Source of the DNA: Rebecca billardiae RCC1528
Taxonomy: Eukaryota; Protista; Haptophyta
Assembly (NCBI GenBank): GCA_965240325.2
Contig: OZ251222.1
Span: 2,666,001-2,730,000 of the forward strand
DNA: 64,000 nucleotides
Direction of reading: 5' to 3'
Under the pieces are notes generated by a model. It did not search any database and had not been told where the DNA came from. It saw only the letters and a program-made list of their open reading frames with translations. Made by a program: the position numbers and the translations under genes. Position 1 is the stretch's first letter. The number at the start of each line of letters is the position of its first letter. Shown piece by piece: positions 22,969-35,400 of this stretch.

Positions 22969-25350
22969 TCATCGTCCGGCGGACTCGACGACCGCAGCGG
23001 CAGACGTCGTCGTCGATGATGATGACGGCGCGACCGCCGCACTCCGTCTCCGCCGCAGCTCGGCGTCGCCGCCGTCGTCAAACTGCACCTGCTTGGCCTT
23101 GAGCGCTCGGCTTGGCCGAGCGTCCGCCACGGGCGCCGTCACCGCCCCGAGTGCGCGCGCGTGCGAGTCGAGCAGGCTGGCGAGCTCGGCGCGCCTCTGC
23201 CCTTCGAGCAGCCGGCGCTGCTGCGCAAGCGCCGCGCGCGCCTCCCTCAGCGCCTCCTGCAGCCGCAGCTCGCGCGCGGCGCCGTCGCGCAGCTCGGCCT
23301 CGCGGTCGAGCGCGGCGCGCTCGCGCTCGGCCAGCGCGGCGCGCAGCCCGTCCGCCTCCGCCCTCAGCGTGCGCTCCGTGCCGCCCACGCGCGCCTCGGC
23401 CTCGCCCACCGCGTGCGCGCGCTGCCTGAGCAGCGCGGCGCGCTCCAGCGACCACTCGGACGCCTGCGCCTCGTGCGCGGCCGCGGCGTGCTCCGTGACC
23501 TGCTCGAGCGCGGCGCGCCAGCCGCGCTCGGCGTCGGCGAGAGCGTGCGCGTGCTCGGCGCGCGCCCGCGCGAGCTCCGCGGCGTGCGCGTGCTCGAGGG
23601 CGCGCGCGCGCGCGTCCGCCTCCGCCGCGGCCGCGCCAGCCGCCCACGCGCTCAGCGCGCGCTGCGCGCCGCCGAGCAACGCGGCCTCGGCGGTGCCACT
23701 CGACCGCGCCAGCAGCGCGCGAAGCGCGAGCCGCGCGGCGCGCGCGCGCCGCGCCGCCTGCCGCCACTGCGCCCAGCGAAGCTCGGCCGCACTGGGCGCG
23801 ACGAGCCCGGAGGCGTGCGGCCGTGGGCGTGGCCCGGCTTTGCAACGCGCGGCGCGTGAGCGAAGCGCGCGCAGCGCGCGGCGGAGCCGCGCTGCCGCCG
23901 CCGAGCGCAACGCGCGCGCGCGCGCCAGCCGCGCGCGCGCGTGCGCGTGCGCCCGCGTGAGCGCGCGCTGCGCGGCTCGTGCTGAGCGGCGCCGGTGGGC
24001 GGCGCGCTCGAGCACGAGGCGGCACGCGCCCATCGCGCGGACGTGCACCGCCCACGCCACCAGCACCGCCGCGAGGAGCTGCCGGGCGCCCACCCTCGTG
24101 CGCACCCGCGAGGCCGCCGCGCCCGCCGCGCGCGCCCCCGCGCGCGCCGCCGCGCGTGTGCGCAGCGCGCTCAGCGCCGCCTGCGCCGGCGCGGAGGCGT
24201 GCCCTGCGCGCTGGCGGCGGAGCAGGAGGCCGAGCTCGAGGCGGCGGCGGCGGACGGCGTCCGAGCATGCCGTGCGCAGCCGCGAGAGCCCACGTGCCAG
24301 CCGCGCGCGCGCCTGCCACGCCCCGCGCACGCGCGCTGAGCGCAGAGAGCCGAGCCCCCGCCAGCGCGCGAGCGCGTCCGCAGCGGCCTCACGCGCGCGC
24401 GCGCGCGAGCGCGGCGCCGGCGGGCGCTCGGCGAGGCCGAGGCGGGCGAGGCGGTCGGCGGCGGCCGCGCGCAGCGCGCGGATGCACGCGCGCATCGCGC
24501 CCGCCTCCGCGCGCTCGCGCTCGCGCCGCGCCACGGCGCTCAGCCACTCGCGCCGCGCGCGCGCCCGCGCACAGACCCAGCAGGTCAAAACCCACCGGCC
24601 GCACGCGCGCGCCTTGGCGCGCGCGGCGTGCGCGCGCCGCGCGAGCGCGGTGTGCCGCGCGGCGCGCAGAGCGTGTCGGGCGTGCTCGTACAGCCGAAGG
24701 AACGCCGGCCGCAGCCGCGCATCCTCACGCGCGTCGATCAGCGCGAGCGCCGCCGCCGGCGCCGGCCCCGCAGGCGACACGGACGCGCGCGCGAGCGCTC
24801 GGAGCGCGAGCGCGGCGACGGGCGAGAGCCGCCGGGGCTTGCTGGCGCTGCTGCTGTTCGGGCGGGCCGAGCGCGGTGGCGTGCGCCGCACGCGCGCGGC
24901 AGACCCCTTCTCGGCCGACGCGCCGCGCAGGTCGAGGCGGTACTCGAGGGGGAGCGCTTCGTGCGCCTCGTCCGCACGCGCGCGCCAGCGCTCGATCGCC
25001 GCACGGCAGGCTCGGAGCTCGAGGTTGCGCGCGCGAGCCGCGTGGCGGCGGCCGCCCGTTGTTCGAGCGGATGCAATGCCGCGCCGCCGCACGCCGGACT
25101 GCGGCGTGAAGAGCAGCCGCCGCCGAGGCTCGGTGCGGCTGCGCGGCGCGATCGGCACAAGCGTCGAGTCATTCCACGCGTCGAGGGCGCGGTCGAGCTC
25201 GACGATGATCACGTGCCGCCGGGCGAGGTAGGCCTGGGCCTGACGCACCCTCTCCGCGTGGAGCGCCGAGCGCCATCGGTGCAGCAGACGTCGACACTCG
25301 GACGCTCCCGGCGAAGCGAGCTCGTCGCCGCCCACGTGCAGGACCGCCAT
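22969..25350 (-). CDS. Ala/Arg-rich helical protein with C-terminal coiled coil (~793 aa)
   Basis: Open frame from ATG at 25350; coiled-coil segment ERTLRAEADGLRAALAERERAALDREAELRD; periodic Trp in helical repeats. Low complexity limits certainty. Confidence 0.55.
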   Translation of the reverse strand: MAVLHVGGDELASPGASECRRLLHRWRSALHAERVRQAQAYLARRHVIIVELDRALDAWNDSTLVPIAPRSRTEPRRRLLFTPQSGVRRRGIASARTTGGRRHAARARNLELRACRAAIERWRARADEAHEALPLEYRLDLRGASAEKGSAARVRRTPPRSARPNSSSASKPRRLSPVAALALRALARASVSPAGPAPAAALALIDAREDARLRPAFLRLYEHARHALRAARHTALARRAHAARAKARACGRWVLTCWVCARARARREWLSAVARRERERAEAGAMRACIRALRAAAADRLARLGLAERPPAPRSRARAREAAADALARWRGLGSLRSARVRGAWQARARLARGLSRLRTACSDAVRRRRLELGLLLRRQRAGHASAPAQAALSALRTRAAARAGARAAGAAASRVRTRVGARQLLAAVLVAWAVHVRAMGACRLVLERAAHRRRSARAAQRALTRAHAHARARLARARALRSAAAARLRRALRALRSRAARCKAGPRPRPHASGLVAPSAAELRWAQWRQAARRARAARLALRALLARSSGTAEAALLGGAQRALSAWAAGAAAAEADARARALEHAHAAELARARAEHAHALADAERGWRAALEQVTEHAAAAHEAQASEWSLERAALLRQRAHAVGEAEARVGGTERTLRAEADGLRAALAERERAALDREAELRDGAARELRLQEALREARAALAQQRRLLEGQRRAELASLLDSHARALGAVTAPVADARPSRALKAKQVQFDDGGDAELRRRRSAAVAPSSSSTTTSAAAVVESAGR

Positions 25351-26112
25351 GACGAACGGTGAGTCGGTGACCTTACTGCTGTATTTGAGCAGCGTATTTG
25401 AACCGCACATCAGTCTTGACAGACGGTGTGACACACTCGGCTTCAGCTAGAGTCGTGCACTACCGCTGCTGCTGTGCAGGCCGTGGTGTAGTGCTGATGC
25501 ACACTCGTGTGGGTATACCGCGGGGCTCCACGCCTCTCATCACTGAGCTGCGGCGGTGGCGCAGCATCAGCGTGCTGCCTACTCTAACTCCTATCATTCG
25601 GAGCGAACTCTCAAGTCTCAGCGGGCGCGGCACGCCGCGCCGCGCCACGGCCCCACCGTCCGTCGGGCGTGAGCGGAGCTGCCTGCCCTGTGCCAGCCGA
25701 ACTACATAGTGCTCATTGTATACGCTGAGCCTAATACTCCGGCGCGAATTAGGGCACTGCGGGCGTGCACGCGCACGTGGGGGTAGGCGGGGCATCCGGC
25801 GAGCACGCGTGCTGCTTGCGCCGTGCGCGCGCGCGGTCGGCGGTGCTGCCGCGCTCTCTGCTCAGTTTGTTAAACACCTGCCGCGCTGCATCCAGTCAGA
25901 CCTGCGCCGTCCTACCTGTGTCGTTAAATCATCAAATGAGTCTCAGGGCTGTCCGCGGCGCTCCGCGGGCGGCCGTGCAATGTGATGTCGGCCTATCTGC
26001 GACCAATGATTTGATTGATTATTTGATGATTTCCGCTTCTGTACCACGTTATTTATTGCTCGAAGGCCGTTGTTCAACACGTAACGGACGTTTGTCCCTT
26101 CCGGCTTGGTCG

Positions 26113-26138
26113 GTTACGACAAGGGCCCTTGGTTACGA
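26113..26138. mobile_element. Excision footprint of a CAAGGG-ended (P-like) transposon
   Basis: GTTACGA-CAAGGG-CCCTTG-GTTACGA: a 7-bp direct repeat around 6 nt of each terminus, identical to the ends of the elements at 55453 and 56515. Confidence 0.8.
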
Positions 26139-26465
26139 ACGCCTTGAGAAGGTGCAGAAGACAGTGCAGCAGATGACATACTATATGACAAAAGTCTCAG
26201 ACTCCTTCTCACGCCAACTATCATAAACGTGTGATGTAGTATTTGTGACATACCATTACGGGTAATGCACATGCGAGGGCGATCGTATTCGAATCACATA
26301 CAAAAGTCATAAAGTGGGACGTTTCCAACACATCAACCCTGACTTGCGATTAGCCACGTCAATACGAGGCTCCGGGGTGCCTCATGAATCATCTTGTCGT
26401 CTCGCGACGCGAAGTGGACGTAGCAGCGTAACTCACGGCCCTTCTTCGGCCGCGTACGTTTTGCG

Positions 26466-29400
26466 ATGCGGAAGATGAAGACGCTTGCCGCTGACGAGAG
26501 GACATCGAGGGCAACCTCGATCGTGCTGTGCCTGGCAGCAACAATGCTTGCGAGCGCGCCCTGTGCGCTGGGTGCGCCGTTTTCCACAAGCTCAAGCTTC
26601 ACCGATTGCCTGGCCAACACGACGTTGTGCACCGAGCTCGTGGCTCCGTCAAGCATGGTCAATGGCTCCATCCCCTCGGAGGTAGGGCTGATGACGAGGC
26701 TGACTAGGTTCGAGCTGCACGAGAACTCGCTCAGCGGCACGATGCCCACCGAGTTTGGCAAGCTCACCAGCCTCGAGCGCAGCACGCTCTACCGAAACTC
26801 GCTCGACGGCCAGATCCCGACCGAGCTTGGCGAGCAGGCGAGTCTCGTCGAGTTGCAGCTGTTTGAGAACTCGCTGAACGGCACGCTGCCCACGGAGATG
26901 GGCATGCTGACGACATTCACCAAGCTCGTGCTCGAGCTCAACTCGATCTCTGGCAGCTTGCCCACCGAGGTGGGGCAGATGGGCCGCTTTGCGCAAATGT
27001 GCGCGCACCGCGCGAGGGCGCGCCCTGCGCGCGCGCGCTGCCGACGCGAGCCCGTGCGCGCGCCGTGTGCTGCCGCTCATACGTGCGCGGCGGTACGCGT
27101 GCGCACGCCCTGTCCGCAGGCTGCTTCGCGAGAACCTGCTCGTCGGCAGTATCCCAACGGAGGTGGGTGGTCTGAGCAGCCTGGCGCTGATGCAGCTGTA
27201 CGACAACTCGCTCGACGGGAGCATCCCCACGCAAGTGAGCGGCATGACGAGCCTCACGGCGATGGCGCTGTACCGCAACTCGCTCGTCGGCGCGCTCCCG
27301 ACGGAGGTGGGCGAGATGACGAGCCTGATCGAGCTGGAGGGCTTCCGAAACTCGCTGAGCGGCCCCGTGCCGACGGAGGTCGGTGCTCTGACAGGCCTCA
27401 CCGACCTGCTCTTTGACCGCAACTCGTTTGACAGCCTGCCGACTGAGCTCGGCTTGCTCTCGAGCCTGAGGCTGATGGGCTTGGACCTGAACTCGCTGGC
27501 GAGCAGCATCCCGACCGAGCTTGGCGATATGAGCACGCTCGCGCTCATGTACCTGTACGACAACTCGCTCGTCGGCACGATCCCGACCGAGGTTGGCGAG
27601 CTGACGAGCCTCTCGTGGCTGCGGCTGTACCGCAACTCTCTGTCGGGCACGATTCCGACGGAGGTGGGCGCGCTGACGATCGGCAGTGCGCTGCTTCTGT
27701 TCGGCAACTCGCTCGACGGCAGTGTGCCCACGGAGCTCGGCGTGATGGTGAGCCTCACCTCCATCTCGCTGGACGACAACCCGATCGTGAGCGTCATTCC
27801 GACCGAGATTGGCGCGATGACGAGTCTCACGGCGATGAGCGTCGCCAACACGCTCATGTGTGGCGGCGAGCACAACTTCACGGTGGTGACGCCCGCAGTG
27901 CTGCCGGCGTGCCCGCCGTCACCTCCGCCGAGCCCGCCGAGCCCGCCGAGCCCGCCGCCGAGCCCGCCGCCAAGCCCGCCGACGCCGCCGCCGAGCCCGC
28001 CCGTGCGGTACTGGTACTCGGACTGCCTCGACAACACGACGTTGTGCACCGAGCTCGTGGCCCCTTCAAGCGGGCTCACGGGCCCCATCCCCTCGGAGGT
28101 GGGGCTGATGACGAGGCTGACCAGGTTCGAGCTGCACGACAACTCGCTGAGTGGCACGATGCCCACCGAGTTTGGCAAGCTCACCAGCCTCGAGCGCAGC
28201 ACGCTCTACCGCAACTCGCTCGACGGCCAGATCCCGACCGAGCTGGGCGAGCAGGCGAGTCTCGTCGAGTTGCAGCTGTTTCAGAACGCGCTGAACGGCA
28301 CGCTGCCCACGGAGATGGGCATGCTGACGACGTTCACCAAGCTCGTGCTCGAGCTCAACTCGATCTCTGGCAGCTTGCCCACCGAGGTGGGGCAGATGGG
28401 CCGCTTTGCGCAAATGTGCGCGCACGGCGCGAGGGCGCGCCTTGCGCGCGCGCGCTGCCGACGCGAGCCCGCGCGCGCGCCGTGTGCTGCCGCTCATACG
28501 TGCGCGGCGGTACGCGTGCGCACGCCTGGTCGGCAGGCTGCTTCGCGACAACCTGCTCGTCGGCAGTATCCCAACGGAGGTGGGTGGTCTGAGCAGCCTG
28601 GCGCTGATGCAGCTGAATGACAACTCGCTCGACGGGAGCATCCCCACGCAAGTGAGCGGCATGACGAGCCTCACGGCGATGGCGCTGTACCGCAACTCGC
28701 TCGTCGGCGCGCTCCCGACGGAGGTGGGCGAGATGACGAGCCTGATCGAGCTGGAGGGCTTCCGAAACTCGCTGAGCGGCCCCGTGCCGACGGAGGTCGG
28801 TGCTCTGACAGGCCTCACCAACCTGCTCTTTGACCGCAACTCGTTTGCCAGCCTGCCGACTGAGCTCGGCTTGCTCTCGAGCCTGAGGCTGATGGGCTTG
28901 GACCTGAACTCGCTGGCGAGCAGCATCCCGACCGAGCTTGGCGACATGAGCACGCTCGCGCTCATGTACCTGTACGACAACTCGCTCGTCGGCACGATCC
29001 CGACCGAGGTTGGCGAGCTGACGAGCCTCTCGTGGCTGCGGCTGTACCGCAACTCTCTGTCGGGCACGATTCCGACGGAGGTGGGCGCGCTGACGATCGG
29101 CAGTGCGCTGCTTCTGTTCGGCAACTCGCTCGACGGCAGTGTGCCCACGGAGCTCGGCGCGATGGTGAGCCTCACCTCCATCTCGCTGGACGACAACCCG
29201 ATCGTGAGCGTCATTCCGACCGAGATTGGCGCGATGACGAGTCTCACTGCGATGAGCGTCGCCGACACGCTCATGTGTGGCGGCGAGCACAACTTCACGG
29301 TGGTGACGCCCGCAGTGCTGCCGGCGTGCCCGCCGTCACCTCCGCCGAGCCCACCGAGCCCGCCGCCGAGCCCGCCGCCGAGCCTGCCGCCGACGCCGCC

Positions 29401-32400
29401 ACCGAGCCCGCCGCCGACGCCGCCGCCGAACCCGCCCGTGCGGTACTGGTACTCGGACTGCCTCGACAACACGACGTTGTGCACCGAGCTTGTGGCCCCT
29501 TCAAGCGGGCTCACGGGCCCCATCCCCTCGGAGGTGGGGCTGATGACGAGGCTGACCAGGTTCGAGCTGCACGACAACTCGCTGAGTGGCACGATGCCCA
29601 CCGAGTTTGGCAAGCTCACCAGCCTCGAGCGCAGCACGCTCTACCGCAACTCGCTCGACGGCCAGATCCCGACCGAGCTGGGCGAGCAGGCGAGTCTCGT
29701 CGAGTTGCAGCTGTTTCAGAACGCGCTGAACGGCACGCTGCCCACGGAGATGGGCATGCTGACGACGTTCACCAAGCTCGTGCTCGAGCTCAACTCGATC
29801 TCTGGCAGCTTGCCCACCGAGGTGGGGCAGATGGGCCGCTTTGCGCAAATGTGCGCGCACGGCGCGAGGGCGCGCCCTGCGCGCGCGCGCTGCCGACGCG
29901 AGCCCGCGCGCGCGCCGTGTGCTGCCGCTCATACGTGCGCGGCGGTACGCGTGCGCACGCCTGGTCGGCAGGCTGCTTCGCGACAACCTGCTCGTCGGCA
30001 GTATCCCAACGGAGGTGGGTGGTCTGAGCAGCCTGGCGCTGATGCAGCTGAACGACAACTCGCTCGACGGGAGCATCCCCACGCAAGTGAGCGGCATGAC
30101 GAGCCTCACGGTGATGGCGCTGTACCGCAACTCGCTCGTCGGCGCGCTCCCGACGGAGGTGGGCGAGATGACGAGCCTGATCGAGCTGGAGGGCTTCCGA
30201 AACTTGCTGAGCGGCCCCGTGCCGACGGAGGTCGGTGCTCTGACAGGCCTCACCAACCTGCTCTTTGACCGCAACTCGTTTGACAGCCTGCCGACTGAGC
30301 TCGGCTTGCTCTCGAGCCTGAGGCTGATGGGCTTGGACCTGAACTCGCTGGCGAGCAGCATCCCGACCGAGCTTGGCGACATGAGCACGCTCGCGCTCAT
30401 GTACCTGTACGACAACTCGCTCGTCGGCACGATCCCGACCGAGGTTGGCGAGCTGACGAGCCTCTCGTGGCTGCGGCTGTACCGCAACTCTCTGTCGGGC
30501 ACGATTCCGACGGAGGTGGGCGCGCTGACGATCGGCAGTGCGCTGCTTCTGTTCGGCAACTCGCTCGACGGCAGTGTGCCCACGGAGCTCGGCGCGATGG
30601 CGAGCCTCACCTTCATCTCGCTGGACGACAACCCGATCGTGAGCGTCATTCCGACCGAGATTGGCGCGATGACGAGTCTCACGGCGATGAGCGTCGCCGA
30701 CACGCTCATGTGTGGCGGCGAGCACAACTTCACGGTGGTGACGCCCGCAGTGCTGCCGGCGTGCCCGCCGTCACCTCCGCCGAGCCCGCCGAGCCCGCCG
30801 AGCCCGCCGCCGAGCCCGCCGCCAAGCCCGCCGACGCCGCCGCCGAGCCCGCCCGTGCGGTACTGGTACTCGGACTGCCTCGACAACACGACGTTGTGCA
30901 CCGAGCTCGTGGCCCCTTCAAGCGGGCTCACGGGCCCCATCCCCTCGGAGGTGGGGCTGATGACGAGGCTGACCAGGTTCGAGCTGCACGACAACTCGCT
31001 GAGCGGCACGATGCCCACCGAGTTTGGCAAGCTCACCAGCCTCGAGCGCAGCACGCTCTACCGCAACTCGCTCGACGGCCAGATCCCGACCGAGCTGGGC
31101 GAGCAGGCGAGTCTCGTCGAGTTGCAGCTGTTTCAGAACTCGCTGAACGGCACGCTGCCCACGGAGATGGGCATGCTGACGACGTTCACCAAGCTCGTGC
31201 TCGAGCTCAACTCGATCTCTGGCAGCTTGCCCACCGAGGTGGGGCAGATGGGCCGCTTTGCGCAAATGTGCGCGCACCGCGCGAGGGCGCGCCCTGCGCG
31301 CGCGCGCTGCCGACGCGAGCCCGCGCGCGCGCCGTGTGCTGCCGCTCATACGTGCGCGGCGGTACGCGTGCGCACGCCTGGTCGGCAGGCTGCTTCGCGA
31401 CAACCTGCTCGTCGGCAGTATCCCAACGGAGGTGGGTGGTCTGAGCAGCCTGGCGCTGATGCAGCTGAACGACAACTCGCTCGACGGGAGCATCCCCACG
31501 CAAGTGAGCGGCATGACGAGCCTCACGGCGATGGCGCTGTACCGCAACTCGCTCGTCGGCGCGCTCCCGACGGAGGTGGGCGAGATGACGAGCCTGATCG
31601 AGCTGGAGGGCTTCCGAAACTCGCTGAGCGGCCCCGTGCCGACGGAGGTCGGTGCTCTGACAGGCCTCACCAACCTGCTCTTTGACCGCAACTCGTTTGA
31701 CAGCCTGCCGACTGAGCTCGGCTTGCTCTCGAGCCTGAGGCTGATGGGCTTGGACCTGAACTCGCTGGCGAGCAGCATCCCGACCGAGCTTGGCGACATG
31801 AGCACGCTCGCGCTCATGTACCTGTACGACAACTCGCTCGTCGGCACGATCCCGACCGAGGTTGGCGAGCTGACGAGCCTCTCGTGGCTGCGGCTGTACC
31901 GCAACTCTCTGTCGGGCACGATTCCGACGGAGGTGGGCGCGCTGACGATCGGCAGTGCGCTGCTTCTGTTCGGCAACTCGCTCGACGGCAGTGTGCCCAC
32001 GGAGCTCGGCGCGATGGTGAGCCTCACCTCCATCTCGCTGGACGACAACCCGATCGTGAGCGTCATTCCGACCGAGATCGGCGCGATGACGAGTCTCACG
32101 GCGATGAGCGTCGCCAACACGCTCATGTGTGGCGGCGAGCACAACTTCACGGTGGTGACGCCCGCAGTGCTGCCGGCGTGCCCGCCGTCACCTCCGCCGA
32201 GCCCGCCGAGCCCGCCGCCGAGCCCGCCGCCGAGCCTGCCGCCGACGCCGCCACCGAGCCCGCCGCCGACGCCGCCGCCGAGCCCGCCCGTGCGGTACTG
32301 GTACTCGGACTGCCTCGACAACACGACGTTGTGCACCGAGCTTGTGGCCCCTTCAAGCGGGCTCACGGGCCCCATCCCCTCGGAGGTGGGGCTGATGACG

Positions 32401-35400
32401 AGGCTGACCAGGTTCGAGCTGCACGACAACTCGCTGAGTGGCACGATGCCCACCGAGTTTGGCAAGCTCACCAGCCTCGAGCGCAGCACGCTCTACCGCA
32501 ACTCGCTCGACGGCCAGATCCCGACCGAGCTGGGCGAGCAGGCGAGTCTCGTCGAGTTGCAGCTGTTTCAGAACGCGCTGAACGGCACGCTGCCCACGGA
32601 GATGGGCATGCTGACGACGTTCACCAAGCTCGTGCTCGAGCTCAACTCGATCTCTGGCAGCTTGCCCACCGAGGTGGGGCAGATGGGCCGCTTTGCGCAA
32701 ATGTGCGCGCATGGCGCGAGGGCGCGCCCTGCGCGCGCGCGCTGCCGACGCGAGCCCGCGCGCGCGCCGTGTGCTGCCGCTCATACGTGCGCGGCGGTAC
32801 GCGTGCGCACGCCTGGTCGGCAGGCTGCTTCGCGACAACCTGCTCGTCGGCAGTATCCCAACGGAGGTGGGTGGTCTGAGCAGCCTGGCGCTGATGCAGC
32901 TGAATGACAACTCGCTCGACGGGAGCATCCCCACGCAAGTGAGCGGCATGACGAGCCTCACGGCGATGGCGCTGTACCGCAACTCGCTCGTCGGCGCGCT
33001 CCCGACGGAGGTGGGCGAGATGACGAGCCTGATCGAGCTGGAGGGCTTCCGAAACTCGCTGAGCGGCCCCGTGCCGACGGAGGTCGGTGCTCTGACAGGC
33101 CTCACCAACCTGCTCTTTGACCGCAACTCGTTTGCCAGCCTGCCGACTGAGCTCGGCTTGCTCTCGAGCCTGAGGCTGATGGGCTTGGACCTGAACTCGC
33201 TGGCGAGCAGCATCCCGACCGAGCTTGGCGACATGAGCACGCTCGCGCTCATGTACCTGTACGACAACTCGCTCGTCGGCACGATCCCGACCGAGGTTGG
33301 CGAGCTGACGAGCCTCTCGTGGCTGCGGCTGTACCGCAACTCTCTGTCGGGCACGATTCCGACGGAGGTGGGCGCGCTGACGATCGGCAGTGCGCTGCTT
33401 CTGTTCGGCAACTCGCTCGACGGCAGTGTGCCCACGGAGCTCGGCGCGATGGTGAGCCTCACCTCCATCTCGCTGGACGACAACCCGATCGTGAGCGTCA
33501 TTCCGACCGAGATCGGCGCGATGACGAGTCTCACGGCGATGAGCGTCGCCGACACGCTCATGTGTGGCGGCGAGCACAACTTCACGGTGGTGACGCCCGC
33601 AGTGCTGCCGGCGTGCCCGCCGTCACCTCCGCCGAGCCCGCCGAGCCCGCCGAGCCCGCCGCCGAGCCCGCCGCCAAGCCCGCCCACGCCGCCGCCGAGC
33701 CCGCCCGTGCGGTACTGGTACTCGGACTGCCTCGACAACACGACGTTGTGCACCGAGCTTGTGGCCCCTTCAAGCGGGCTCACGGGCCCCATCCCCTCGG
33801 AGGTGGGGCTGATGACGAGGCTGACCAGGTTCGAGCTGCACGACAACTCGCTGAGTGGCACGATGCCCACCGAGTTTGGCAAGCTCACCAGCCTCGAGCG
33901 CAGCACGCTCTACCGCAACTCGCTCGACGGCCAGATCCCGACCGAGCTGGGCGAGCAGGCGAGTCTCGTCGAGTTGCAGCTGTTTCAGAACGCGCTGAAC
34001 GGCACGCTGCCCACGGAGATGGGCATGCTGACGACGTTCACCAAGCTCGTGCTCGAGCTCAACTCGATCTCTGGCAGCTTGCCCACCGAGGTGGGGCAGA
34101 TGGGCCGCTTTGCGCAAATGTGCGCGCACGGCGCGAGGGCGCGCCCTGCGCGCGCGCGCTGCCGACGCGAGCCCGCGCGCGCGCCGTGTGCTGCCGCTCA
34201 TACGTGCGCGGCGGTACGCGTGCGCACGCCTGGTCGGCAGGCTGCTTCGCGACAACCTGCTCGTCGGCAGTATCCCAACGGAGGTGGGTGGTCTGAGCAG
34301 CCTGGCGCTGATGCAGCTGAACGACAACTCGCTCGACGGGAGCATCCCCACGCAAGTGAGCGGCATGACGAGCCTCACGGTGATGGCGCTGTACCGCAAC
34401 TCGCTCGTCGGCGCGCTCCCGACGGAGGTGGGCGAGATGACGAACCTGATCGAGCTGGAGGGCTTCCGAAACTCGCTGAGCGGCCCCGTGCCGACGGAGG
34501 TCGGTGCTCTGACAGGCCTCACCAACCTGCTCTTTGACCGCAACTCGTTTGACAGCCTGCCGACTGAGCTCGGCTTGCTCTCGAGCCTGAGGTTGATGGG
34601 CTTGGACCTGAACTCGCTGGCGAGCAGCATCCCGACCGAGCTTGGCGACATGAGCACGCTCGCGCTCATGTACCTGTACGACAACTCGCTCGTCGGCACG
34701 ATCCCGACCGAGGTTGGCGAGCTGACGAGCCTCTCGTGGCTGCGGCTGTACCGCAACTCTCTGTCGGGCACGATTCCGACGGAGGTGGGCGCGCTGACGA
34801 TCGGCAGTGCGCTGCTTCTGTTCGGCAACTCGCTCGACGGCAGTGTGCCCACGGAGCTCGGCGCGATGGCGAGCCTCACCTCCATCTCGCTGGACGACAA
34901 CCCGATCGTGAGTGTCATTCCGACCGAGATTGGCGCGATGACGAGTCTCACTGCGATGAGCGTCGCCGACACGCTCATGTGTGGCGGCGAGCACAACTTC
35001 ACGGTGGTGACGCCCGCAGTGCTGCCGGCGTGCCCGCCGTCACCTCCGCCGAGCCCGCCGAGCCCGCCGAGCCCGCCGCCGAGCCCGCCGCCGACGCCGC
35101 CACCGAGCCCGCCGCCGACGCCGCAGCCGAGCCCGCCGCCCGCGCCGCCACCCAACCCGCCCTCTCCGCCGCCCAGCGTGGTCCTGTCCGAAGTGAAGTT
35201 TGCGGACGGCACGAACGGCGTGGTCGTGCCCAGCGGCGCGTGGTGGGGCTGGGTCGCGGGCATCGGTGACTTGGATGGCGACGGCATCCCGGACGCGCTA
35301 TCCGGCGCGGTTCACGACGTGTTCGACAAGCAGGGCGCAGCGTACGTGCTGTTTCTCAACTCGGACGGGACTGTGCGGGCACAGCAGAAGATTGCGAACG

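Larger units (their letters stand above)
26600..35035 (+). repeat. Tandem array of six near-identical LRR modules (period 1417/1435 bp)
   Basis: Intron-start spacings are 1417, 1435, 1417, 1435, 1417 bp. Each unit has a DCLxNTTLC cap, ~15 LRRs, a MCGGEHNF...LPAC cap and a Ser-Pro linker. Confidence 0.95.
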
